This document shows positions 1 to 14,168 of a DNA stretch of 64,000 nucleotides, one piece after another (position 1 is the stretch's first letter; every line of letters starts with the position of its first letter). Source of the DNA: the human T2T-CHM13v2.0 reference genome, Homo sapiens. The notes below the pieces were generated by a model that was given only the letters and a program-made list of their open reading frames with translations, did not search any database and was not told where the DNA came from. The DNA is taken from the NCBI RefSeq assembly GCF_009914755.1, contig NC_060926.1; one strand, written 5' to 3'. Made by a program: the position numbers and the translations under genes.

Positions 1-1330
1 TTTTAATTCATATTTTTTATTATTGCATTATTTTATATTTTTCTTGGCTATTTCCATTTATAGTTAGTTGATACACAGATACAGAACCTGGGAATACAGA
101 GAATGGTTTGTATCCCCCAATTATTCCACAATGCCAGAACATCTATAGTGATATTTTTCCTTCTTCCTGCTATTAGTATTCTTCTAAATAATCTTGCTAG
201 AAGTTTATAATTCTCTCCATTGTTTTCATGTTTTATATTCTGTGAATATCCCCTCTTTATCATCACCTTTTCCTTCTATTTGCTTTGGGTTTAATTTAGT
301 ATTATTTTTATTGCTTTTTAAGTAGGAGACTTAGACCACAGACTACACTATTCTCCTTTCCTAATACAAACATGTATAGCCATACAGCATTGCTTCAGTA
401 ATTTAGTAGCTGCATCCCTCAAATTCTGATATGTCATGTTTCTAATATTATTCAGTTCAAAACATTTTATAGTTTCTCTTGTGACTTCTTCATCCACGAG
501 TTATTTGGAAATGTGTGATTTAATTTCTACATATTTCAGACCCACATATTTACCATTTCTTAACATTTCTTTTTTCCTTTATGTAAATCTGTTTTTACCC
601 AGTATGATTTTCCTTCAGCCTGAAGATCATCTTTTAAAATTTCTTTAGTGCGTGTATACTGACAACTTCTCTCTATTTTTGCTTATCTGGAAATGTCATT
701 TTGTCTCTGTTTTTTAAAATGTTTCACTGGGCAGAGAATTTTAGACTGACTTTTTTTCCCCACCTTTCAGCACTTTAAATATATCATTCCATTTTTCTGG
801 CTTACATACCTTCTAGTGAGAAGTTAGCAGTGATTTTTATTTATTAACCACTTCTTCTGAATGACTATTCCCTTGTTAGCTGAAGTCGTTTTACATTTCA
901 GATATTTTTAGCTTCTGAACGTTCAATGGTTCTTTATATGTTCAATTTCTTTCATTATGTTCACATTTTCCTTTTAAGTCCTTGAGCATATTTACAATAG
1001 ATATTTTAAGCTCTTTGCCAACTACTTTCATGATCATTATCATTTCCACATCAGTTTCCATTAATAATTTTTCTCCGCTTCTTTGCATGCCTAATAGTTG
1101 AATACACACATGTGCACATACATACACACATGTCTAGTAGGTTTTATATAAATACATATTTTAAGGGTACTATGATTATGTTGTTAATGTGTGGATTTTG
1201 TGGTCTTCCTTAAAGAGTGATGAATTCTGTTCTGACAGGTTATTATATTACTTGCTGTTCAACTTCATAAATTTCAGCTTACTTTAAAGCTTTGTTAGAG
1301 CATGTGTAGAGTAGCCACTACACTAAGGCA
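1..1330 (-). mobile_element. Old L1M fragments
   Basis: T-rich sequence resembling antisense L1 ORF1/ORF2; decayed ORF1-like peptide ELKISIVNMLKDLKGK at 942-1127. Confidence 0.6.
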
Positions 1331-1639
1331 GTTATCAAATTGAGGGAGAGGTGGATAGTCTGAGGAAAATAACTAGTAAATTAATAAGTGCATAGGCTTA
1401 ACAACTATGACAAAATGAGATCTTTGGCTGTGGTATTTTCACATATAACTGACAGGAAGAAAAAGAGAATGGAAACCTACATTTCGGAGGGAACTCGACT
1501 AGGAAATACTACCATAAGCCTAACAAAGACTATCCCTGGGAGCCAAATCTGCACCAATAGAAAGCAGGGTGAGAATGCAGTGGTGTCTCCAATAAGAGTA
1601 CACTAACACCCATGTTAGATACAGTCACAAAGAATCATA

Positions 1640-2490
1640 GACCAAGAGTAATTCCCAAAGAGCAAGGTCAGGGACTATGAAGGACAAATGACAAGGGAGC
1701 TTATCTCAGAAAGCAAAATTAAGGTCCTAGCAAGACCTTACTCCACTGCCAGAGCAAGAAGTCTATTATTGTAAGGAACAGGAACTATCATATATGGCCC
1801 ATTCTTTTTTTTCCCATTGGGAATTTTCCTTGTCCTTTATACCATCATACAAGAAGCAAGAGGTCAAGAAAATTAGGAAATTTGTCTCTTAGTTTATTGG
1901 TCACCACATCATGATGAACCACACAGAAACCCGATATAGAGGACTTTACCCAATGAATGTGACTTTGGGTTATCATCCTTGAGAAGATGGTATGTTTTAT
2001 GAATGAGAAAGAGGTACATGGACATTTGGGTAGCCAAAGAGGCAAACTGAATAGACTTCTTGTTTTCCCCTAATATCCATCCTCCTATACTTTTTGGATA
2101 ATAGAGCTCCTTGGGTTTCAGCTGAGCCCTCAGCAGCTCAGCTTAGAGACCTTATTTCCCAGCCTTACTTGCAGTTAGGTCTGACTATACAACAAAGTCC
2201 TTGAAAATAAAACGTGAGCCAAAATTATGTGCACAACTTCTAGGTCTGGCCATTATAAATGATTGGGTTTATCATTAAAAATGACTGAATATGGAAATGA
2301 AATGAAGTACCAGTGACTCTCAACAATGCAGGCAAGGGCAGCATCCTAAGGAACAGCAAAGCTAAAAGGTCTCTGCTAAACCCTGTAAAGCATATCTAAT
2401 TCTTGACCGTTAAATGAGAGAAAAATAAATTCTATATATTTATGTTGACTTCTCCTTGTTATAAAAGCTTAACATATACCTTAAATAACA
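1640..2490 (+). mobile_element. MaLR (MLT1-type) internal end plus LTR, degraded
   Basis: ggtagccaaagaggcaaac (PPT-like) followed by an MLT1-like LTR with AATAAA near 2425. Confidence 0.45.
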
Positions 2491-4441
2491 TATTCCTCCC
2501 TCGAAAATATTTCATGCTATTAGGATCATTTGGGCTAACAAGTTCTCATTTAAAATGTTCATTGTCTTTAAGATGAGCCTTACTGACATACAAGTTAATA
2601 ACTTACATACTCTATCATCAAGTTGTACACACACAATATAGACACATATATGCACACATTCATGAAGTAAACAACAAACAAAAACAAAAAAATAAATATA
2701 CAGTTGTGACCTCTAGAAATTCTGGCATGAAGATAAACCACATTAAAAAGTGCAGTTTAGGATGTCCAAGGACTATCTGAGGTTGGAACTTAAAAAGGGT
2801 TCCAAAAAGGAAGAATAAATGGAGTAAACACATCTTGAGATCTTATGCAATTCTGCCTAGAACTCTGGCAGAACCTAATGTCAACTGCCTAAACTGAAAA
2901 TTTCAGTATTAATTAAAAATAATTCATATATGGGATGGGCAAATTTAGTCTTCTTCTCTTATTATCTATCCTCCCACCCCTCAAAGAAAAAAAAGAAAAA
3001 AAAGGAGAGATTGGGAAATATTTATGCATTCTATCGCTACCACGCCTCTTCTCTTGTATGGAAAGAATTTTCAAAGTTATAGCCTGTAAAATAGTCTTAA
3101 ATATGTTTGTAAAATCTTTGTGTAACATCAAACATTGACAAATAAGGACATATTTTTAAAAGGGAAATACTGTAAATAAATGTTAAACTAATCAAAACAT
3201 TTATTTGCTAAAGAAACAATTTCACTGTTCAATAAGCATTGTGTGTATGTGTGTGCATGTCTCACTTTTGTTCAGGAAGCCAGGCAACCATGTAATGTTT
3301 TCAAACTGAACTGTACACGGGCCTGGATGAAGATGCAAGTAAAATCCAGCAAGAGTTCTGTACTCCAAACCCTGCAATTACAAACCTACATCTGCTCAGT
3401 GGAAGGAAAATCTTTTCCTAATGCACACAAATGAGTTAGTAATGGGCCTGCGAAACACTATAATGGGCCCTGAAAAGAAATAGGATAAAAATTAAAACTA
3501 CCTTTATTAATCAAAAAAATGACTACCACTAAGCCAGAATCAAGTACAGGCATTCCTGCTCTAACACAATATATGCACTTCTGTATAACCTCATGTTCTG
3601 CAAAATAAAAATAGTTAGACTTATTGTGAAGATAGTGCCAGACCACACAATACCTAAGGAACTTTTAAATCTGAGCCCTAACAAAACAATAATGATTATT
3701 ATAAAAATGGAAAGTTTCCACTGGCATTTGTACCTAAAATAAAGCAGTCCACATTTAAAGCTTCATATCCTGGGTCTCTTCTTTTTTTGATGTGCATCCT
3801 TGAAGACATTAGTTCTAATAGAAACCAGTTTAATAAAAATTAAAAATATCTTCTAGAGACAGCATTTTTCATTAGTCAATTTCTTTTTAACACAAGCAAA
3901 ATATCTTTAAAGCTTAGTCAACACAGAAAAATGTATAGCCAATAAACCAGCAACTTACTGAGCTACAGGAGGATATTTCTATAGGACTTTTAGCATTTTG
4001 TTTAGATCTTCAGCTACTGCTAAGAATTCCTCTTTAGTTGAGAAAAGCTTGACCTTGATCATTTCAAAATGCTAACAAGTTTGAAGTAATCTGGAAACAA
4101 CCCACATTGTGGATACACACACAAAGTGTGTAAAAATCTACATTATATTGACATCATTCCCCTAAATGCCAAATACGTCACAAATTTACATTTTAAAATG
4201 CTGTAACAGAATGAATTACATACATTTTTAAAATATTACTAGACATTAAATGAAAAATATTTCTGAAAATCTTAAATATATTATGCAACATATTATTTTA
4301 AATGATCCTGATGCTTACATGCATAAATTTGAAATATTGCATTTCCTCAGTGCTAAAGATGCCATAAAATTTAAATACAATCAATTTCATAACATAATTC
4401 CCTGGGGTGGGAAAATAATATAATATTAATTCTATACATCT

Positions 4442-4743
<302 letters not shown>

Positions 4744-4896
4744 CTATATAAGGTACATCTATTAGAAACATTAAAATGTGATAAAAATGTGCATTTTGGA
4801 ATCCAAGAAGCATGTTACATCGAAAGTACAAATTTTCATGAGCTGTGATTTTTTTTTTACAACTATGAAAATTTATTTTATTTTTAAAAACAGTGC

Positions 4897-5180
4897 TAAT
4901 CACAGAAACAGAAAACCAAATACTGCATGTTCTCACTTATAAGTGGGGGCTAAATATTGGGTAAACATAGACATAAAGATGGCAACGATAGACACTGGGG
5001 ACTAATGGAGGGGAGAGGAAGGGGGTGGGTAAGGGTTGAAAAGCTAACTATTGTATATTATGCTCACTACCTGGACAATGGGATCAATCAGACCCCAAAC
5101 TTCAGTATCATGGAATATACACATGTAACAAGCCTGCATACATACCCTGTAAATCTAAAATAAAAGATGGCAGTGTTAAA
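4897..5180 (+). mobile_element. L1 3' end fragment
   Basis: cagaaaaccaaatactgcatgttctcacttataagtggg...atctaaaataaaag matches the L1 3' UTR. Confidence 0.8.
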
Positions 5181-5427
5181 AAAAGTTAATGATATCAATT
5201 CTATAAAAAAAACTTTTAGAAATAATATTTGCAGTGTTTAGATTTGTCTAAGGAAGCTTAACATTGGGACTTACGCTTTTTAAAAATCTTTTTTAGCTTT
5301 ATTAAGATTCAAATGACAAAAATATTACATATTTATGGTGTACATATTTATATATTAACACAATGCTGTCCTATATGTACACATTGTATAAGATTAAACC
5401 ATGCTAATTAACATATCCATCATCTCA

Positions 5428-5836
<409 letters not shown>

Positions 5837-6435
5837 TCAATAAACTCACCTTAAAGTTGAAAAATTGTAAGTTGAGCCATCATAAGTCAGGGACTCAACA
5901 CGGTATGTTATTATTAACTACAGTCACTATGCTGACCATCTCCAGAACTTATTCCTCCTAACTGACATCCATACCTACACACACTACATTTTCCTTATCC
6001 ATTCATCTGTCAATGGTCAGTTTGATTGCATACTTTGGCCACTGTAAATGAGTATCAACATGAGAGTGCAGGTATCAACTCAACATACTGATTTAATTTC
6101 CTTTTGACATATACCCAGAAGTAGGATTATTGGGTCATATGGTAATTCTATTTTAAATTTCCAGAGAAACCTCCTTACTATTTTCTGTAATATCTGTGCT
6201 TGTTTACATTCCCACAGTGTACAAGAGTTTCCTTTTATCTGTATCCTCTCCAACATTTGTTATTCTTTTTCTTGTAATAGCCATTTTAACAGGTGTGAGA
6301 CGGTATCTCATTATAGTTTTAATTGGTATTTCCCTGATGATTAGTGATGTTGAGCACTTTCTCATCTATGTGTTGGCCATTTGTATATCTTCTTTGGAAA
6401 AAGAAATTGTCTATTCAGGTCCTTTGCCCATTTCC

Positions 6436-6699
6436 TTTTTTTTTTTTTTTTTGAGACAGGGTCTCTTTCTGTCACCAAGGCTGGAGTGCAGAGGCGCAAT
6501 CTTGGCTCACTGCAACCTCAACCTCCTGGGCTCGAGTGATCTTCCCATCTCAGTCTCCTGAGTGGCTGGAACTGCAGTGCACACCACCATGCCTGGCTAA
6601 CTTTTGTATTTTTTTGTAAAGACAAGGTTTTGACATGTTACCCAAGCTGGTCTCAAATTCCTGAGCTCAAGCGATCCACCGGGCTACACCTCCTTGGCC
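6436..6699 (-). mobile_element. Alu (AluJ-like, 5' part deleted)
   Basis: Poly-T then gagacagggtct...; TSD ctttgcccattt on both sides. Confidence 0.85.
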
Positions 6700-7784
6700 A
6701 CTTTGCCCATTTTTTAATCAGGTTATTTGTTTTCTTACTATTGAGTAATTTAACTTCCATATGTACTTTGGAAATCCTCCCTTTTCAGACGTATAGTTTG
6801 CAAATATTTTCTCCCATTTCATAGGTTGTCTCTTCACTCTGCTGTTTCTTTTGCTGTGTCAAACCTTTTTAGTTTGATGCAATTTCATTTGTCTATTTTT
6901 GCTTTTGTTACCTGTGCTTTGGAGTGCATATCCAAAAAATATTTGCCAACATCAATGTCGAGAAGCTTTTTCTGTTTTATTCAGGTCTTATGTTGAAGTC
7001 TTTAATCACCTTAAGTTGATGTGGGAATAAGGAGTAAGATAAGGGTCCAATTTCATCCTTTGATATGTAGATAACCCATTTTCCCAACACTGTTGAAAAG
7101 ACTATCCCTTCCTCATTGTGTGCCCGTGGCATCTTTATTAAAGAATAATTGGCCATAAATGCATGGATTTATTTCTAGGCTCTCTATTCTGTTTCATAGG
7201 CATATGTGTGTTTTTAATTCCAGTGGCATGCTGTTTTGACTATTATAGTTTTCTCAATGTATTTTGAAGTCAGGTAATGTGGTGCCTCCAGCTTTGTTCT
7301 TTTTGCTCAAGATTGCTTTGGCTCATGGGGTCTTGCTTGGTTTTACATAAATTTTTGAATTTTTTCCCATTTCTATGGAAAATGCCAGTGGAATTTTGAT
7401 AACAATGATATGGAATTTGTAGATTGCTTTGGGTTGTATGGACATTTTAACAACTCTTCCAATCCGTGAACACAGGATGTTTTTCCATTTGTTTCTTTTT
7501 CCATTTTTTCATTCATGTTTAGTTGTTGGTGTACATATCTTTCACCACCATGGTTAAATTTATTCCTAAGTATGTTAGCATTTTAAGTAGGATGGTTTTC
7601 TTTTGGACAGCTTAATATTAGTGTATAGAAATAATACAGATCTTTGTAGATTGATTTTATATCCTGAAACGCTAATTAATTTATTTCTAACATTGTTTTG
7701 ATGGGGTCTTTACACTTTTCTTATCTCTAAGATGTCATCAGCAAAGAAAATTTAACTTCTTTCCCTGATTTGGATACTTTTTTA

Positions 7785-7935
7785 AAATTTCTTTTCTTTC
7801 CTCTCTTCCCCTCACTCCCTCCTTCCTTCCTCCCTTCCCTTCCCCACTCCTCTCTCTTTTCTTTCTTTTCTTTCTCTCCCTTTCTCTTTTTCTTTTTTCT
7901 TTTCTTTCCTTTTTCTCTTTTATTTATTTATTTTT
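7785..7935. repeat. Polypyrimidine low-complexity tract (CCTT/CTTT/TTTA)
   Basis: About 150 bp, almost purely C/T on the plus strand. Confidence 0.8.
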
Positions 7936-7994
7936 ATGCCTAATGAACCTGGCTAGCAATTCCAGTATATGTTGAATAGATTGGTCAGAGTAGG

Positions 7995-8345
7995 TGGTAT
8001 CATCTGAACACTGTGTCCTCAAAATTCATATGTTAAAACCTAATTCCCAATGTGATGGCCTTAAGAGGGTGAGCCTTTGGAGATGATTAGGTGATTAGGC
8101 TCCACCTTTATCATGAGATTAATACTCTTATAAAAGAGGCCTGAGGAAGCTTGTTCTCCCTATCTACCATGTGAGAACAGAGGTAGAAGATGCCAACATG
8201 AAGGAAAGAACAAGCCCTCACCTAACACTGAATCCGCTGACAACTTGGCCTTGGACTTCCCAGCCTCCAGACTGTAAAATAATTTCTGTTGTTAATAAGT
8301 TACTGAGTCTAAGGTATTTTCTTACAATAGCCCAAGCAGATGAAA
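7995..8345 (+). mobile_element. MaLR solo LTR (MLT1A/MST-like) inside the L1
   Basis: aaattcatatgttaaaacctaattcccaatgtgatgg...cccagcctccagactgtaaaataatttctgttg...agcccaagcaga. Confidence 0.75.
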
Positions 8346-11300
8346 TGGTCGAGGAAAAGGTATCAAGTTTTTGCCACTAAATTGGATGTTAACTGTGAGC
8401 TTATCATATATGGCCTTTATTGGTAGAGGTACATTCCTTCGATACCTAATCTGTTGAGAGTCTGAATTCTGTCAAATCCTTCTTCTGCAAATGTATTAAG
8501 AATGTTTTTTGTCCTTCATTCTGTTAATGTGGTGTATCCTACTTATTGATTTGTATATGTGGAACCATCCTTGCATCCCAGGGATAAATTCCACTTGACT
8601 GTGGTGAATGATCCTTTTAATGTGTAGTTAATTCAGTTTGTTAGTATTTTGGCAAGGATAGTGACAAAGGACATTGGCCTATAATCTTTTTTTTTTTTTT
8701 TCTTATAGTGTCCTTCTCTGGCTTTGGTATCAGAGTAATGCTGGTCTCATAAAATGAGTTTGAAAGTATTCCCTCCTCCTCTTCAATTTTTTTTTTAAGA
8801 GTTTGAGTACAGTGAAGTCATCAGGTGCTGGGCTTTCCTTTGATGGGGGACTTTATTACTGTTTTAATCTCTTTACTTGCTATTGGTTAGTTCCAATTTT
8901 CTATTTCTTCATGATTCATGTTAGATTCTATGTGTCTAGGAATTTATACATTTTTAGGTTATCCAATTTGTTGGCATAGAGATGTTGCATAATAGTCTCT
9001 TATGATCCATTATATTTCTGTGGTATCAGCTGTAATGTCTCCTTTTTCATTTCTGATGTTATATATTTGGGTCTTTTTTCATTTCTTAATCTAGCTAAGG
9101 TTTGTCAATTCTGCTTATCTTTTCAAAAAAACCAACTCTTGGTTTCATCAATCTTTTCTATTGTTTTTCTAATATCTTCTGCTTTGATCTTCATTATTTC
9201 CTTTCTTGTACTAATTTTGGGATTAGTTTGTTCTTTTTCTGCTTCCTTGAAGTACAATGTTGTTTGAGATGACTTTTTCAATGTAGGTGTTTATTGTTAC
9301 AAAATTTCCTTATTAGAACTCCTTTTGCTGCACCCCATAGTTTTGTAAACTGTGTTTCCATTTTCATTTCTCTCAAGATATTTTAAAATTTCTCTTTAAA
9401 TTTAGTCATTAATCCATTGGCTTTTCTTGATTTCCACATATTTGTGAATTTTCCAAAATTCCTCCTGTTACTGATTTCTAATTTCATACGATTTTGGCTG
9501 GAAAAAATACTTGATATGATTTCAATCATTTTGGTTAAGATTTGTCATGTGGCCTAACATATGATCAATCCTGAAGAATGTTCCCTTACACTTGAAAACA
9601 ATGTGTATTACAATGTTGGATGGAATGTTCTATATATCTCTGTTAGGTCCATTTGGCCTAAACTATAGTTCCAGCCCAATGCTTCCTTTTGATTTTGTCT
9701 GGATGATTTATCCATTATTGAAAGTGGGGTATTAAAGTCCCCTACTATTATTGTATTGCAGTCTATTTTTTCCTTCACATCTATTAATATTTGCTTTATA
9801 TATTTAGATTCTCTGATATTGGTTACATATGTTTATAATGTAGTATCCTCTTAATAAACTGGCCTCTTTATCAATTATATACTTACCTTTTTGTCTTTTT
9901 TTACATGTTTTGGCCTAAAGTGCATTTTTTTTCTGATATACATGTAGCTACCCCTGCTCTCTTTTGGTTTCCATTTGCATGGAATACCATATTTTATTCC
10001 TTCACTTTTAGTCTGTGTGTGTCCTTATACTGGAAGTGAGTCTCTCACAGGGCACATACAGCTAGCTGGGTCTTAAAAAAAATCCATTCACTGACTATAT
10101 ATGTTTTTAAATTGGATAATTTAATCCATTTATATCCGAGGCAATTGTTGATAGGTAAAGGTTTATTATTGCCTTTGTGTTCACTGTTTTCTGTTTTCGT
10201 TTTGTTTTTAATGCAGATCCTTTGTTCCTTTCTTCCTCTCTTGCTGTCTTCCTTTGTGATTTGGTGATTTTCTGTAATTATATGCCTGGATTCCTTTCTC
10301 TTCATCTTTTGTATATCTACTATAGGTTTTTGCTTTGTGGTTACCATTAGGCTTAAGAAAGAACAATTCATAGTTATTAGGAGTCTATTTCAAGCTGATA
10401 ATAACTTCAATCTCATATACAAACTCTCTATACTTTTATTCCTCCTATTCTATGCTTTTGATATCACAATTTACATCTTTTCATATTGTACATCCTATGA
10501 CAAATTATTGTAGCTATTATTTTAATAGCTTTGTCTTTTAATTATAATAAAAACAAGTGATTTATACACCACCATTATTAGAGTATTCTGAATTGACTAT
10601 TACCAGTGAGTTTTACACTTTCATATGTTTTCATGTTCCTAATTAGCATTCTTTTTCTTTTCAGCCTGAAGAATTCCCTTTACCATTTCTTGTAAGGCAG
10701 ATCTAGTGATGATGAACTTTCTCAGATTTTGTATGTCTGGAAAAGTCTTCTCTCTCCCTTTCTGAAGGACAGTTTTGCTGGGTTTGGTTTTTTGGTTGGC
10801 AGGTTTCTTTCTTATTTTCAGCACTTTGAATATATCATCCCACACTTTCCTGGCCTACTAAGTTTCTGCTTAGAAATGTGCAGATAACTTCCTGAGGGTT
10901 CCCTTGTATGTGAAGATTTTCTCTTGCTGTTTTCAATAGTCTCTCTGTGATTTTTGACAGTTTGACTATAATATGTTGTAGTGTGGTCTTTGGTTTGAAA
11001 ATGACTGGAGAACTTTGACTCTCCTTTACCCCGATGTGACTATCTCTCCCCAGATTTGTGACGTTTTCAATCATTATTTCTTTAAAAATACTTTCTACCC
11101 CTTCTCTCTTCTACTTCCTTAATTGCTATAATGTGAACATTAGCTCTGTTGAGGATATCCCATAAATCACACAGGCTTTCTTCACTCCTTTTCATTATTT
11201 TTCCTTCTCTGACTGGATATTTTCAAATAACCTGTATTTGAGTTCACAGATTCTTTCTTCTGTTTGATCAATTCTGCTCTGATGCTCTCTATTGCCATTT

Positions 11301-13870
11301 TTCACTTTGTTCAGTTTATATTCAGCTCCAGAATTTCTGCCTAGTTACCTTTTTTTAAATAATTTCAATCATTCTGTTAAACTCCTCATTTTATTTGTGT
11401 ATTGTTTTCCTGATTTTGTTGAATTGCCCCTCTGTGTTCTCTGGTAGTTTACTGAGCCACCTTAAAAGAATCATTTTGAATTATCTGCCAAGATATTCAT
11501 AGATCTTCTATTTCTTTAGGATTAGTTCCTGGAAAAGTATCATGTTCTTTGGTGGTTTTATGATTCTTTGGCTTTTCACGTTGCTTGTTACTTTGCATTA
11601 ATGTCTGCATAGTTGATGAAGCAGTCACCTCCTTCTGACTTCATATACTGGTTTCAGTGGAGAAAAAAACTTCTCCTTCAGGTGGGTGTGAGGACACCAG
11701 CTGGGTGCAGTGTGACAGTTCTGACTCCAGTAAGGGCATAGCAGCATAATCTCTGTACAGCTCTATCAACTGATGTTAGCACTGTCAAAGATTACAAGGA
11801 TCCTCAGCAGCCACTGTCCACAGCAGCGGCAAGGGTTATTGGGTGCTCCAGTCACGAAGACTGGTGGGGTCGGTCCTCCTCATCTCTTTTTCTCCTGCCA
11901 GGAAAGTTGTGGCCAGTGGAATCCCTCTTGGCACTGGGTCTGACTTGCAGGTGCATTTGCAGTGGTGGCAGCAATGGTATCTCATATGAGGCATCCATGA
12001 AACAGCCAACAATTTGGGTTCTGGAGCATGAGCATGTGTAGGAACCATGGCTCCAGGGTCTAGGGCTGAGGTGGCACCCATATTCAGAGTGCAGGTTCCA
12101 CCATTCCCATGTTAGTAACAATGTGCAAGATGTGACTGCTTTTAGATCAGCCAGGGGGCTGAGATCCAAAGCAGCAGCACACACACAGCTACAATGTTTC
12201 TGGGGTCTGAGGCATGGACTCACTCACTGTGGTAGAAGTAGTTTCATAGACACAGAAACCACAGCTCCAGGGCGCAGGATACAGATTATTCCATAAAGGC
12301 AGTGGTTCTTGTTTCTGAGGCATGGGCACACAGGGAATTACAAAGGTTCTGGGGTCCAAGGAGTGGTCTAGTATATTGTGAAGATGTCAGATGTCAGATG
12401 TCTGAGGCACAGATGTTGAAAGAGTGGCAATGCAGCCAATGTTCATAGCAAAGCAACCTGGGCTCCAAGGCTTCGGTTGAGGCTAGTCCACAGCCATGAT
12501 GGTTCTTGTGTTTGAGGTGAGAGTATGCATAGTGGGACAGAGTCTGCAATGTGGGTATGCGGCCATGGAGCCAAGGCCTGGTGTGTGGACATGTATGGGG
12601 CAGTGGAAGCTCTGGAGTCTGGGGCTCATGTCAGGATTGGGAGGGTGGTGGTCCCAGTCCTGGAAAGGCAGCTCCTTCTTGGTGGTGGTGGTGGGGGTAG
12701 AGGGTGCAACCACATCCTCCTCTTTGGGGATCCACAGTGGTGATGACTGTTGATCACCTCAATGGCAAAAGATACTGATGTTGTGGTCAGTGGTGACTAT
12801 GGTAGCACCTACCATTTGCCTGATACCGGTAGCCCCCACCCTTCTTTGTTTCTAGCCATCTCCAGATGTCTCAGGTATGCCAGTCTCCCCAGCTATCCTT
12901 TCTGTGCAGTTATCCTCTGGATTTTTGTTTGTTCACTCCACTATGTTGCTACAGATTCATACTTAAACATTTGAGCCCTCCCAAGGCTACTTTCATTCAT
13001 GGAAAGATATCTAGTTCTTGTTTTTTGTTTGGGAGTGAAGACTGGTATCTCCTACTCGACTATCTTGCTTCTATCACTCAGCTTAGCTGTGCTTTCTTGT
13101 CAAAATTAGGAAAACAAAGGTGATCGTTTCCGATGATAAATACAATTAACACTTGCATAACTTCTGCAAAAGGGCTTTACTATTCTGGTTTCTCCATATA
13201 GGACATAAATGCCAGTTTGTTTCATCTATGAAGGTGGTTTATTTTTAAATAAAGGTTATGTAGAACTTTTAAGTGACACATATTATATAGAAGTCTCGAA
13301 GAAAATTATGTTATGATCACCTGTAGAGTTTTCTAAGCAATATGGTCCAAGAGGATGAGTTTCTCCACCTGATTCTGTGAGAATCAAGGCAATCAAAACA
13401 GTTATTTACTTGATCATCCTCAGATGTGTTGGGGTGAAGAAGAGAGGATTGTGATTCACTGATTTATAGCAAGATTTAAAGAAATTCATACATATACAAG
13501 CAATCTGATGCTTTTTTCATTAAAAACTTCAACTTTATAATAATATCTTAATTTTTCCTTTGAAAACAAAACAGCTTTTTTTTCTTTTCGTTACGTGGAT
13601 GTTGAAAATGACTCAGTCAATTTAACTTTGGCCTAAGCCAGCTAAAGTCTGTAGATATAGAAGTACAGCTTAAATGGGAGTTAAAGGATCTGGGCTAAAA
13701 TCCCAGCTTTGCCATTAACTAACAACACTGAGAGAAAATCTAGTAAACACATAGTCTTTTAAACATCACGTTGCTCAAAAAAAAGCCTTTTTAAAAACAA
13801 ATGAGCTTATTTTAATTGAAGTACTACTTCCCTCAAAGATGTCCACATGCCACAGTAGACAATATTTCTT

Positions 13871-14168
13871 GCTTGGGCATGGTCGCTCATGCTGTGATAC
13901 CAGCAATTTGGGAGGCCAAGGCAGGAAGATAGCTTAAGGCCAGGAATTCAAGACCATCCTGGGCAACATAGCTAAACCTTGTCTCTACAAAAAAATTTTA
14001 ATACTTAGCCAAACATGATGGCACATATCTGTAGTCCTAGCTACTCAGGCAGGAAGGATCCCTTGAGCTGAAGAGTTCAGACTGCAGTGAGCTATGACTA
14101 TGCCACTGTACTCCAGCCTGGGCAACAGAGTGAGACCTTTTCCCTAAAAATAAAAATAAAAATAAAAT
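13871..14168 (+). mobile_element. Alu (AluJ-like)
   Basis: Dimeric Alu with (TAAAAA)n tail; TSD aatatttctt. Confidence 0.88.
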